A stretch of 42,437 bases of DNA. Source: a virus. The DNA is taken from positions 1-42,437 of IMG/VR virus record IMGVR_UViG_3300031578_000122; one strand, written 5' to 3'. Shown here piece by piece: positions 24,408 through 32,545 of the stretch. A program made the position numbers and the translations under genes. The notes under the pieces were generated by a model. That model saw only the letters and a list, made by a program, of their open reading frames with translations, was not told where the DNA came from and searched no databases. Numbering within the stretch: position 1 is the stretch's first letter; each line of letters begins with the position of its first letter.

Positions 24408-25006
24408 CTATCGATCTTCCATATAATCTATTCCAGGGACAGACCGTAACCATCGTCGGGGGTGGCCCGAGCCTAAAGGGATTTGATTTCTCCCGTATTC
24501 AGCAACCGGCCATAGGTATCAACTATTCCGTGGAATACCATGACAGCGTTATGCTGGTGGCCATTGATAGGATGTTTCATAAGAAGGAGCGATCCCTGGT
24601 AGATAGTTACATGGGTTATAAGGTCACCTGTAATGAAACAGAGGACCGGAGTTTCATTAAGGCCACCCTGGATCCGGACTACCATAACCGCAACCTGGAC
24701 TGGCATGTAATGAAGGTTAACCTCAGCGGGTATTTTGCCCTGGCCCTTGCACTCCAGCTGAGGGCCTTCCGGGTCTTTCTCCTGGGCTTTGACGGCGGAT
24801 ATGATACCCAGGCCCCAAGATTTCATGGGCATGCTTATAAAGGCTTAAAAACGGGCGATTACTATAATGTAAACCGGTATTATGATTTCTTTCATGGCAA
24901 GCCGGTGGTAAATGTAGGCCTGGACTCAAAGATAAAATGTTTTACACGGCTCCCGTTAAACTCGAACTTTTATGAATATAGAGCAGTCAGAAAAACTGAA
25001 GTATGA
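24404..25006 (+). CDS. GT42 (CstII-like) / DUF115 (MptE/Maf-like) fold protein, putative glycosyltransferase
   Basis: VTIVGGGPSLKGFDFSRI resembles the IIAGNGPSLKEIDYSRL N-terminus of CstII-type sialyltransferases and the G-x-GPSL motif of DUF115/Maf proteins. SGYFALALALQLRAFRVFLLGFDGGY matches the second conserved block (TSG...A.A..LGy..IyL.G.D). Confidence 0.5.
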   Translation: MTIDLPYNLFQGQTVTIVGGGPSLKGFDFSRIQQPAIGINYSVEYHDSVMLVAIDRMFHKKERSLVDSYMGYKVTCNETEDRSFIKATLDPDYHNRNLDWHVMKVNLSGYFALALALQLRAFRVFLLGFDGGYDTQAPRFHGHAYKGLKTGDYYNVNRYYDFFHGKPVVNVGLDSKIKCFTRLPLNSNFYEYRAVRKTEV

Positions 25007-25472
25007 ACGGATATGGAAGGGTCGCAGTTACAGATCCCGCTCAGCCGTACCATTCGCGTACTGGCTTATGGATGGAATGCACATCCAGGGACCGGCTCTT
25101 GAAATAGGATGCGGGGACGGGGCCACAATGGAGATCCTGAAAAATCATGGTATTGACGTTCATGGCTGTGATATAACTCTGGCCGGGTATAAGGGTAGCG
25201 GGTATGTTATGGAGTGTCCTGCCTGGGATCTACTGTATGGAGATAAGGAATTTAACTGTACATTCTCCACTGATACCCTGGAGCATATACCCCCGGAAAA
25301 AGTTCTGGCCACCGTGAATGAGATTATCCGGGTAACCCGTAAGGTAACCATTCACCAGGTAGCCACCTTCGAAATGGGAAACGAGCACCTTACCGTTAAG
25401 AAATGTTCCTGGTGGGAAAACTTGTTTGAGTCAAAAGGAATTGAGGTAATAATTTTAGAAAGGAAAAAATAA
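24972..25472 (+). CDS. Class I SAM-dependent methyltransferase
   Basis: Motif I is ALEIGCGDGATMEIL. It is followed by VHGCDIT and FNCTFSTDTLEHIPPEKV. The gene overlaps its upstream neighbour by 35 nt. Confidence 0.7.
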   Translation: MNIEQSEKLKYERIWKGRSYRSRSAVPFAYWLMDGMHIQGPALEIGCGDGATMEILKNHGIDVHGCDITLAGYKGSGYVMECPAWDLLYGDKEFNCTFSTDTLEHIPPEKVLATVNEIIRVTRKVTIHQVATFEMGNEHLTVKKCSWWENLFESKGIEVIILERKK

Positions 25473-25843
25473 TGGCACACCTTGACCCTTCAAGCGATAA
25501 TAAACTGACCATAAAGGAACAGCTAACGTCTTCTACTTACGTTAACCTGGCCATAACCTACGCTAACGTTGTAGCCTATCTTTATGATTTGGCAAATACT
25601 ATTATAAAAAAATGGAGCCGTGAAACTCAATCCGGTTATGAAACACTTTACGCCCCGGATGTTTATACCTTGGAATTTTATATTGAAAGGGGAGATCTTG
25701 ATGACTATCAGGCAAAGAAAGTAAGGCTGGAAATAAAGACCGTAGAGACGGTTGCCTCACGTGGACTGGAAGATGATGAAGAACACCTGCTGGGTAGCCA
25801 GGTTCTGATTGTTGGTGAATCAAATATGGGAGGCGCATCATGA
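25472..25843 (+). CDS. Hypothetical protein (123 aa)
   Basis: TAATG overlap with the methyltransferase gene. Confidence 0.5.
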   Translation: MAHLDPSSDNKLTIKEQLTSSTYVNLAITYANVVAYLYDLANTIIKKWSRETQSGYETLYAPDVYTLEFYIERGDLDDYQAKKVRLEIKTVETVASRGLEDDEEHLLGSQVLIVGESNMGGAS

Positions 25844-26385
25844 GTGTTGTATTAACCATAGAAAGCCGGGCAATTGAATTGACTGTGAATGAAGTAAACT
25901 TTGAGATCATAAGGGGTACTCATAATTCAAGCCTTGCAGGGGGCAGCGATACGGAGATTCAATATAATGACGGTGGATCCTTTGCTGGTGACGACGCTAA
26001 TACCTGGGATAAGTCTACGCATACTCATCGCCTGGGTACAGACTCACAGGATGCTGTTGAAAGAATTACAGGTAAAGCTTATGTGGATCCTGAAGCTGTC
26101 ACTTTTGCTGATCCCCTGAATTGTGATTGTACGAAATCGAACAATCATACGGCAACGCTCACCGGGGATACTACCATTAATCTCACAAACCTTTCTGCTG
26201 GGATGAGCGGGGTGATTGCACTTTTGAACGATGGAGTTGGCAGTCACTCATTAACACTTGGAGCAGCCTTTACAAAGGAGCTTAACGGCTCGGATACTTA
26301 CGATGATACCGCTGATAAGTATAACCTGATCAGCTGGTATTACGACGGGACCAATGTATTTTATACGATATGTAACGAGGCATGA
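25840..26385 (+). CDS. Tail fibre-like protein
   Basis: GGSDTEIQYNDGGSFAGDDANTWDKSTHTHRLGT matches the q-f/y-N-x-G-x-f-x-G...w-d...L motif common at phage fibre N-termini. ATGA overlap. Confidence 0.5.
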   Translation: MSVVLTIESRAIELTVNEVNFEIIRGTHNSSLAGGSDTEIQYNDGGSFAGDDANTWDKSTHTHRLGTDSQDAVERITGKAYVDPEAVTFADPLNCDCTKSNNHTATLTGDTTINLTNLSAGMSGVIALLNDGVGSHSLTLGAAFTKELNGSDTYDDTADKYNLISWYYDGTNVFYTICNEA

Positions 26386-27194
26386 CCTTTCCGCATCACA
26401 TAATAGGCCTGTTAAAAAAGAGTTCGGGGTGGACTCTCTGCCCTGAATATGAAGCGGTGTATAACTCTTATATAACAAAGCCAAGCGATCCGGATGCGGA
26501 GGTCGACAATGCTATGGTACTTGGCTGGGTAAATGACGGTGTTTGGGTAAAAAAAGACGGTCTTTGGGTATTTGCCAATCACGTTGCCGGGGCAGACAGT
26601 TTGCGGAATTGGAAATCGCCATCAGGAACGCTTGCCACAGCATACAATTCTCCGGTACATGGAATTTGGGAAGGATATACCGGCAATGGCTCAAATGCTT
26701 ATATAGATCTGAACTGGATACCTTCTGTTAATGGGGTGAATTATCAGCTTAATAGTGCGAGTATGCTTTTGTACACAAGAACAAATGTTACATCTGATGG
26801 ATCACATGGAACGAATTATAATACTGATAATAAAAATCTCGAAATAAATCCAAGAAGTTCTTCTAATAATGCTTGGGGGAAATGTAATAATACAACTCTT
26901 CTTTATTATGCAAATACTGATGGTAGAGGGATGTATGCAATTAGTCGTACGGCATCTGATTTGACAACACTATATAAAAATAAGGTTGCTATTAAAACAG
27001 CAACAAATATTCCAATCGGATTACCCACTAAATCAATTTACTGCCTTGCTTATAATGATGATGGTGTAGCTGCAGGATTCAGGGCAGATCAAGTTTCGGT
27101 AATTGCTTTAGGGTTAGGATTAACCCAAACAGACATAGACAACATAACAGACAGATTTCAAACACGCATGACATATCACGGAACACAGGTATGA
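26382..27194 (+). CDS. Tail fibre / receptor-binding protein with AT-rich lectin-like C-terminal half
   Basis: ATGA overlaps at both ends. Composition drops sharply after about 26700. The C-terminal half is Asn/Thr/Ser-rich, beta-like sequence. Confidence 0.5.
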   Translation: MTFPHHIIGLLKKSSGWTLCPEYEAVYNSYITKPSDPDAEVDNAMVLGWVNDGVWVKKDGLWVFANHVAGADSLRNWKSPSGTLATAYNSPVHGIWEGYTGNGSNAYIDLNWIPSVNGVNYQLNSASMLLYTRTNVTSDGSHGTNYNTDNKNLEINPRSSSNNAWGKCNNTTLLYYANTDGRGMYAISRTASDLTTLYKNKVAIKTATNIPIGLPTKSIYCLAYNDDGVAAGFRADQVSVIALGLGLTQTDIDNITDRFQTRMTYHGTQV

Positions 27195-27496
27195 AATGGA
27201 TAGTATTAACACCGGAACAAGCTGTAAAGTACAGGCAGTATAAAATGACTCCCTGGTGGGGAATAGACCCTATCCAGACAAAAGATGGGCGGTGGGTTTT
27301 AAGGGAAGATCAGATAGGAGAACTGGAAGGGTTTAAAATGGAACAAAAAATTACTTTACAGAAATTTGAGGATAATGATTTAGATTTAATTGCAGATTTT
27401 AAAACTATACGTAATATTATCGAACTTACAAAAGCAGACTTCCCGGAACCAGAAATTGAATTAGTAGAAACACCAATAATACCAAAAAAATCATGA
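27191..27496 (+). CDS. Hypothetical protein (101 aa)
   Basis: ATGA overlaps at both ends. Confidence 0.5.
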   Translation: MKWIVLTPEQAVKYRQYKMTPWWGIDPIQTKDGRWVLREDQIGELEGFKMEQKITLQKFEDNDLDLIADFKTIRNIIELTKADFPEPEIELVETPIIPKKS

Positions 27497-27777
27497 AATC
27501 ATTTTTAGGAAGAATGTCAGTAGCTAACGGGATCCGTCTTGAGACAGGTACCGCAGCCGTAACAAGGAGAATAGTAGGGCTTATTATCCGCACTGACACA
27601 GTTATAGCTGCCTGGACAGCCAAGGACGCTAATGGACGCACTATTGACCTGGTGGCCCTGTTTAATATCTCAGGGGTTACTCTGTATAATACAGATCCGG
27701 CATTTGTGATCCCAGGCAACCTTGAGCATATCAGTTACACCCTGACCAGCGGGACGGTTTGGGAAATAATGGCATAA
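27493..27777 (+). CDS. Hypothetical protein (94 aa)
   Basis: ATGA overlap upstream and TAATG overlap downstream. Confidence 0.5.
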   Translation: MKSFLGRMSVANGIRLETGTAAVTRRIVGLIIRTDTVIAAWTAKDANGRTIDLVALFNISGVTLYNTDPAFVIPGNLEHISYTLTSGTVWEIMA

Positions 27778-29618
27778 TGAAAAGGATATCCATAACGGCA
27801 ATACTTCTGTTTCTGGCCCTGGCTACAGTTTTTCCGCAAACGAGAACGGGGACCGGTATAGGGCTATTTAATCGCTTAAGGGATAGGTTGCTTAAAAGTA
27901 ATGCAGCGCCAATAGCTATTAATTTAAGCACCATAGGGAATGCCCTGACAGATTCAACTCTATATCTGGATTGGACTTATTTTGATGCCAATGGAGATGT
28001 TGAAGGAACAGGCCTATTTAAGTGGTACCGGAATGGAGTAGCTACTGATTCCACCCGGCAGTATTATTTATTAAGTTCGCCAGACTCAGGCTATCACATA
28101 AGGCCCTCAGTTATACCGGTGGCCCTAACCGGCCAGACACACGGTATCGAAACATTTTCTGATAGTGTGGGGCCTATTTTGACTTACATTCCCCGAGATA
28201 CTTTTTATGTCTCTACAACGGGGGATAATGGGGCCAATGGAATGACTACTGGTACACCCTGGCAGACGCTTCAATATGCCAATGACAATGCTTCAGCTGG
28301 TGCGGTCATAGCTTTAAAGAAAGGTGATGAATTCTCAGATGCCATTGCCATAAGAATAGATCGTGGCGGTACTGAAGGCAAGCCAACAGAATGGAATGGT
28401 TCAATTTGGGGTAGCGGTGCGAATGCTATTATTTCAACTGCCGGAAGTCGAGGTGGAGGCGAAAATGTTGCTTTAGTACATATCTCTGGTGGGTGTGAAT
28501 ATCTCACATTTCAGAATATAACAGTAGACGGTAACAACCAAATATGTTTTGGAATTGTCATTGGTTCATATACCGGGACATTCTCTCCCAATCTTGTTCA
28601 GAATAATGAAAACAATATCACTATTCAAGATTGCTATGTGACGAATATTGGGGATGGCAGTGCATATCTGCCTGGAATAATTGCTCAAACATGGAATACT
28701 GATATCTCAAATATAACTATACAGAGAAATACTATCGATAGTGTTGGCTCTCATGCCATCTCGTTTTATCCTGCCACTGATGCTGATGGCGCACCATATA
28801 TAGGTGAAATAAGTGATTCTTATATAGGGTACAATACTATAAGTAATTTTAGGGAATATACTTCTAATGTTGGCTATGGGATACATATCAACAACAAAAC
28901 AACAAACACAATAGTTGAACATAATACTATCGGTGATGGTGCCGGATCACAACTTGCTTTGGATCAAAATGAGGTTACAGCAGGTTATTTCCCAACAAAT
29001 ATAACGATAAGGTATAATTTACTTACCGGAAACATTGCTGCTGCTTGGCCTTTATTATTTGAGGTAGGGCAGGCAGTTAGTTGTGATGTATACGGTAATA
29101 TAATAAGAAAAACAGCAGGAGATGATAGTGGAGGAGGAATATGGATATTTAATCATGGAGCCAGGACGTCAGAAGGTGCAGATATGAATTTCTATTTTAA
29201 TACAATCTATTTAGCCGGAGGCAGAGGAATTATTGATATGTCTGATTGGGCAAGTGTGGTTGATTTCAAGAACAATATTATATATAGTGATGGAGTAGAT
29301 GATTGTGTTGAAATTTCAACATCAGGATCAATGACTCACAGCTATAATTCATATTTTATGTCCGGTGGTGATTTAGTACCTACAATAGATAATAATGGTA
29401 CTACTTGGAATTTGAGTCAGGTTGTTGCAAATTGGGAAGCTACTGCCATAGTTTCCGATCCTACATTTACCGTAGAATTTACCAATTTACACTACCAGAC
29501 AGGCTCACCTGTTGATGGAGCAGGGGTAACTATTTCCGGGATAACAGAAGATATGGAAGGCACGGAGATGACCGAACCGCCAGACATAGGAGCACTTCAT
29601 TCAATAGTCGATCCTTAA
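27777..29618 (+). CDS. Right-handed parallel beta-helix protein (pectate-lyase-fold depolymerase/tailspike-like) with N-terminal signal-peptide-like segment
   Basis: FYVSTTGDNGANGMTTGTPWQTLQYANDNASAGAVIALKKGDEF is typical of beta-helix enzyme N-caps. Repeated PbH1-like turns are present (NITIQDCYVTNIG, NITIQRNTIDSVG, NTIVEHNTIGDG, NITIRYNLLTGN, NFYFNTIY, FKNNIIY). The N-terminus is MKRISITAILLFLALATVFPQ. The ATG at 27777 overlaps the upstream TAA. Confidence 0.75.
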   Translation: MKRISITAILLFLALATVFPQTRTGTGIGLFNRLRDRLLKSNAAPIAINLSTIGNALTDSTLYLDWTYFDANGDVEGTGLFKWYRNGVATDSTRQYYLLSSPDSGYHIRPSVIPVALTGQTHGIETFSDSVGPILTYIPRDTFYVSTTGDNGANGMTTGTPWQTLQYANDNASAGAVIALKKGDEFSDAIAIRIDRGGTEGKPTEWNGSIWGSGANAIISTAGSRGGGENVALVHISGGCEYLTFQNITVDGNNQICFGIVIGSYTGTFSPNLVQNNENNITIQDCYVTNIGDGSAYLPGIIAQTWNTDISNITIQRNTIDSVGSHAISFYPATDADGAPYIGEISDSYIGYNTISNFREYTSNVGYGIHINNKTTNTIVEHNTIGDGAGSQLALDQNEVTAGYFPTNITIRYNLLTGNIAAAWPLLFEVGQAVSCDVYGNIIRKTAGDDSGGGIWIFNHGARTSEGADMNFYFNTIYLAGGRGIIDMSDWASVVDFKNNIIYSDGVDDCVEISTSGSMTHSYNSYFMSGGDLVPTIDNNGTTWNLSQVVANWEATAIVSDPTFTVEFTNLHYQTGSPVDGAGVTISGITEDMEGTEMTEPPDIGALHSIVDP

Positions 29619-29622
29619 AATT

Positions 29623-29898
29623 ATGCCTGAAACAAGAGCAAAAATAAAAGAATACCTTGCAATTAGTATCAGTGTATTGGCAATATTAGCTGCTATTGGA
29701 ACATACACAAACAGTAAAGCCCAAAAGGCAATATTTGAGTATAAGGTTGAGCAGAATGAAAAGGAAATAGCCGTATTGAAGGCAAAGACTGAACATATCC
29801 CTGTAATGCAGACCGATATTAAAAATGTTGCTAAAGACGTCGATGAAATAAAAGATATTGTTGAAATGATCAGGGATAAATTAATACCAGTACATTGA
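29623..29898 (+). CDS. N-terminally membrane-anchored coiled-coil protein (lysis accessory: holin/antiholin or i-spanin-like)
   Basis: A single TM segment (YLAISISVLAILAAIGTY) is followed by a charged helical region. It sits at the head of the lysis cassette. Confidence 0.45.
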   Translation: MPETRAKIKEYLAISISVLAILAAIGTYTNSKAQKAIFEYKVEQNEKEIAVLKAKTEHIPVMQTDIKNVAKDVDEIKDIVEMIRDKLIPVH

Positions 29899-30106
29899 AA
29901 TACTTGATATTAATAGTATCTTTACATAGCCTCAGCTGATTCAGTAAAGAGGGACACAACACTGAGTGATACAATAAAAGAGGACACACTATATGTATTG
30001 CATAAGGCCCAGATAAAAAACGTTCAATCTAACATGGATAGTCTTAAAGCAGATCTAAGTAAAATTATCGAGTACCTTGAAAATAGTCCAATAAAAAAGA
30101 AGTAAC

Positions 30107-30331
30107 ATGAAAACCTGGAAAGACATTTATCAGTATGCCCTGGGGGCGTTGGTTGTTATCGCATTTGTGGTCATTTTAATATTGATGATCTTCAAAGAAC
30201 CTGGGGATAACCAGGTACTTAATACTATGGTAGGGGCCTTTGCCTCCGGAGTAATAATGGTAATAACGTATTTCTTTGGATCCAGTAAGGGGAGTAATGA
30301 TAAAAATGAAATGATTAAGAATGGCAGGTGA
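30107..30331 (+). CDS. Holin (putative, two TM segments)
   Basis: 74 aa with two TM segments (ALGALVVIAFVVILILMIF and MVGAFASGVIMVITYFFG) and a charged C-terminus. It lies directly upstream of the endolysin. Confidence 0.6.
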   Translation: MKTWKDIYQYALGALVVIAFVVILILMIFKEPGDNQVLNTMVGAFASGVIMVITYFFGSSKGSNDKNEMIKNGR

Positions 30332-30334
30332 CCC

Positions 30335-30802
30335 ATGAGAACAATAAACCTTGCTGTATGGCACTGTTCCGCAGATGAGGCGGGGGTGGATCACCCCCTG
30401 GATTATTATGATAAGATGCACCGGGAGAAAAGAGGATTCCGGAAGGTGGGTTATCATATAATCATTCACCCTGACGGCTCCGTGGAATTTGGCCGGGAGA
30501 TATGGGAGATAGGTGCTCACGCCAAAGGGTATAATCGTAACTCCATAGGGATAATGTATGTTGGGGGCTTAGAGAAAGGATCCAAAACCCATGACCGGCC
30601 TAACGGTACCCCTAAGGATACCCGTACACCGGCACAGCGCAAGACCATGAAGGATCTTAAGCGGTATCTGGATTATATGTATTCAGGAATTAAGCATGTC
30701 GGACACCGGGATCTCTCCGTGGATCTGAACGGTGACGGGGTGATATCCCCTGGGGAATGGATGAAGGCCTGTCCATGTTTCGACGTAGCAACAGAGTTAT
30801 GA
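30335..30802 (+). CDS. N-acetylmuramoyl-L-alanine amidase endolysin (Amidase_2/PGRP, T7-lysozyme-like)
   Basis: Zinc-amidase pattern of the family: AVWHCSA...KVGYHIIIHPDGSVEFGR...GAHAKGYNRNSIGIMYVGG...GHRDLS...ACPCFDV. Confidence 0.9.
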   Translation: MRTINLAVWHCSADEAGVDHPLDYYDKMHREKRGFRKVGYHIIIHPDGSVEFGREIWEIGAHAKGYNRNSIGIMYVGGLEKGSKTHDRPNGTPKDTRTPAQRKTMKDLKRYLDYMYSGIKHVGHRDLSVDLNGDGVISPGEWMKACPCFDVATEL

Positions 30803-31362
30803 AAAATATTTCAATCATATTGCTGTCCCTGGTGATGACCTCCTGCATGACACAACGCAGGGTTTACCGGTATATAAGGGAACACCCGCTGCCTTCCACC
30901 AGTGATACGCTGATCAGGGAAGTGGTCAGGGACACTATTATTTACCGGGACACAACGATCTATATTACTTTACCTGGTGGCTCCGGGAGGGACTCAGTAG
31001 GGGTGGACACCGGGGAGGTGGAGATAAGGGCCAAGAAGCCCTCCCGGGGGCTTAATTTAAGGTATATCCCGGATACAGCTACAGTAAAAACTAACCTGGC
31101 CATAGCAAAGGCCTGGCTGGATCCTGGGCCACCGGCATACATTCACGTGACACTTCATCAACATGACACCCTCCTGGCCGTTAAGCTGGACTCAGCCCTG
31201 GCCAGGGAACAGCATTGGAGGGACCGGTATATGGAGGTAAAAAAGACGCAGACGGTACCACAAAGATTCATCCCTAATTTATATAAGGTGACATTCTGGA
31301 TAGTGATCATTGAGGTTATTTCTTTAATACTGTTCCTGGTGCTGAAGTTTTTTCGTATCTGA
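30799..31362 (+). CDS. Unimolecular spanin candidate (lipoprotein signal plus C-terminal TM anchor)
   Basis: The ATG at 30799 overlaps the endolysin stop (ATGA). The N-terminus MKNISIILLSLVMTSC has a lipobox-like MTSC. The C-terminus VTFWIVIIEVISLILFLVLKFF is a TM helix. Confidence 0.55.
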   Translation: MKNISIILLSLVMTSCMTQRRVYRYIREHPLPSTSDTLIREVVRDTIIYRDTTIYITLPGGSGRDSVGVDTGEVEIRAKKPSRGLNLRYIPDTATVKTNLAIAKAWLDPGPPAYIHVTLHQHDTLLAVKLDSALAREQHWRDRYMEVKKTQTVPQRFIPNLYKVTFWIVIIEVISLILFLVLKFFRI

Positions 31363-31394
31363 AATTTTTGTATCTTTCCCCCTCATGGTGATAT

Positions 31395-31450
31395 GGCCAT
31401 AGCCCTATGGCCTCCCGGCCCCCCTTGAGCAGGACAAGGGGGGCCTTTCT
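31395..31450 (+). terminator. Tandem hairpins; the second is a strong intrinsic terminator ending the late/lysis transcript
   Basis: ggccatag/ctatggcc lies at 31395..31412. ggcccccctt (31417..31426) then pairs perfectly with aaggggggcc (31436..31445) and is followed by tttcttattt. Confidence 0.75.
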
Positions 31451-31520
31451 TATTTAAAACCATTTTATATAAGGTTCAAAGAACATTTTTTTTATTCAGG
31501 GATAGGTCATGTTGAACCTT

Positions 31521-31552
31521 CTTATTACATTTGTGCCAAGTGTAACAAACAA
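31521..31552 (+). promoter_or_regulatory. Conserved promoter/operator element, copy A
   Basis: cttattacatttgtgccaagtgtaacaaacaa is 28/32 identical to 33591..33622. It contains a TACATTTG (TAnnTTTG) box at 31526..31533 and the inverted arms TTACA-N11-TGTAA. Confidence 0.55.
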
Positions 31553-31652
31553 CTGAAACCATGATAACTGCACTAATCCTCATGCAAACCAACGCTGAAC
31601 TGATTTTCAGCACAATTCAATTTATATTTTTATTCATTAAAACTCTTTAATT

Positions 31653-32444
31653 ATGGAAAAGACAATGTATTTCAACAGCGAAAACGGCCAGGTGTACACC
31701 GCTAAGGTTACCCTGAGCAACAATGCCATGTATGCAAAAATAGGCAAGGATGGTTATTATGTCGATGACGAAAAAAAGGAGGCCAGGGTAAAGTACAATA
31801 CCAAGTACGCCCTTCCCAAATCCTTTGAGAAGATTAACTGGAATGTCCCTATTTTACTGTCTGTAGCCAAAGGGCGCAGTGTCCGGGCCAAAGCCTTTAC
31901 TGATGTTCCGGATTCGACTGATATGATCTGGACACTTACTGAGTCAGGTCAGCTGAAGTATGTTGAATTCAAGAAGATTTCATTTGTGGATTCTACCCCG
32001 GTTGCAAAGAAGGCCCCGGAAAAACCTGTAATGACAGTCGTTCCTAAGGATGAACCTGGCAAGCCCATCCCTCAAAATTCAGAGAAGGCTCAAAAGATCC
32101 TTAAGAAGAACGGGATTGACACCAGCCCCAAGCCTGAAATGACCAAGGAACAGGCTGAGGAGATACAGGAAGATTCAAACATTCAGGATGTATTTGATTA
32201 TTTCAGGGCCATTGAAACTGAAAAAGATTTCAAAAAGGCCATTGATATAATGAATACGGAGGGATACAGCCTGTTTCATAAGCAGTCTCAGAAGGTTATG
32301 CATAATGTCAGGTTTGAGAAGGGTCGGAAGTTCATGGTCATTAAAGGGGACACCGAAGATGGAAAACGTACTTTTAAGGCCCTCCCGAGGGCTGTGAGCC
32401 GTTATTTCACTCTCCATAGGGTTACCCCCCCCTGTAAAGGATAA
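31653..32444 (+). CDS. Hypothetical early protein (263 aa), two domains joined by a Pro/Lys-rich linker
   Basis: First long ORF after the late terminator and promoter copy A. No motif recognised. Confidence 0.55.
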   Translation: MEKTMYFNSENGQVYTAKVTLSNNAMYAKIGKDGYYVDDEKKEARVKYNTKYALPKSFEKINWNVPILLSVAKGRSVRAKAFTDVPDSTDMIWTLTESGQLKYVEFKKISFVDSTPVAKKAPEKPVMTVVPKDEPGKPIPQNSEKAQKILKKNGIDTSPKPEMTKEQAEEIQEDSNIQDVFDYFRAIETEKDFKKAIDIMNTEGYSLFHKQSQKVMHNVRFEKGRKFMVIKGDTEDGKRTFKALPRAVSRYFTLHRVTPPCKG

Positions 32445-32545
32445 GGCCCCTCAGAAGGCTAAAAAATAGTCTCCATCACCAGAAACCAGGCCGGGATGAA
32501 ACCCGGCTATTCCTGGTAGAAAATCATTCATTAAAATCCTGCACT

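Noticed and set aside
29896-29916. Possible stop-codon read-through from 29623..29898 into the same-frame open stretch 29917..30105.
   Set aside because: Four in-frame stops (TGA, TGA, TAA, TAG) lie between 29896 and 29916, so read-through or recoding is not credible.
32489-32508. A hairpin (ggccggg/cccggct) between 31653..32444 and the RadC-like gene, considered as a terminator.
   Set aside because: It has a short stem and no following T tract, and it sits inside what otherwise looks like a single operon. It was kept only as a note.
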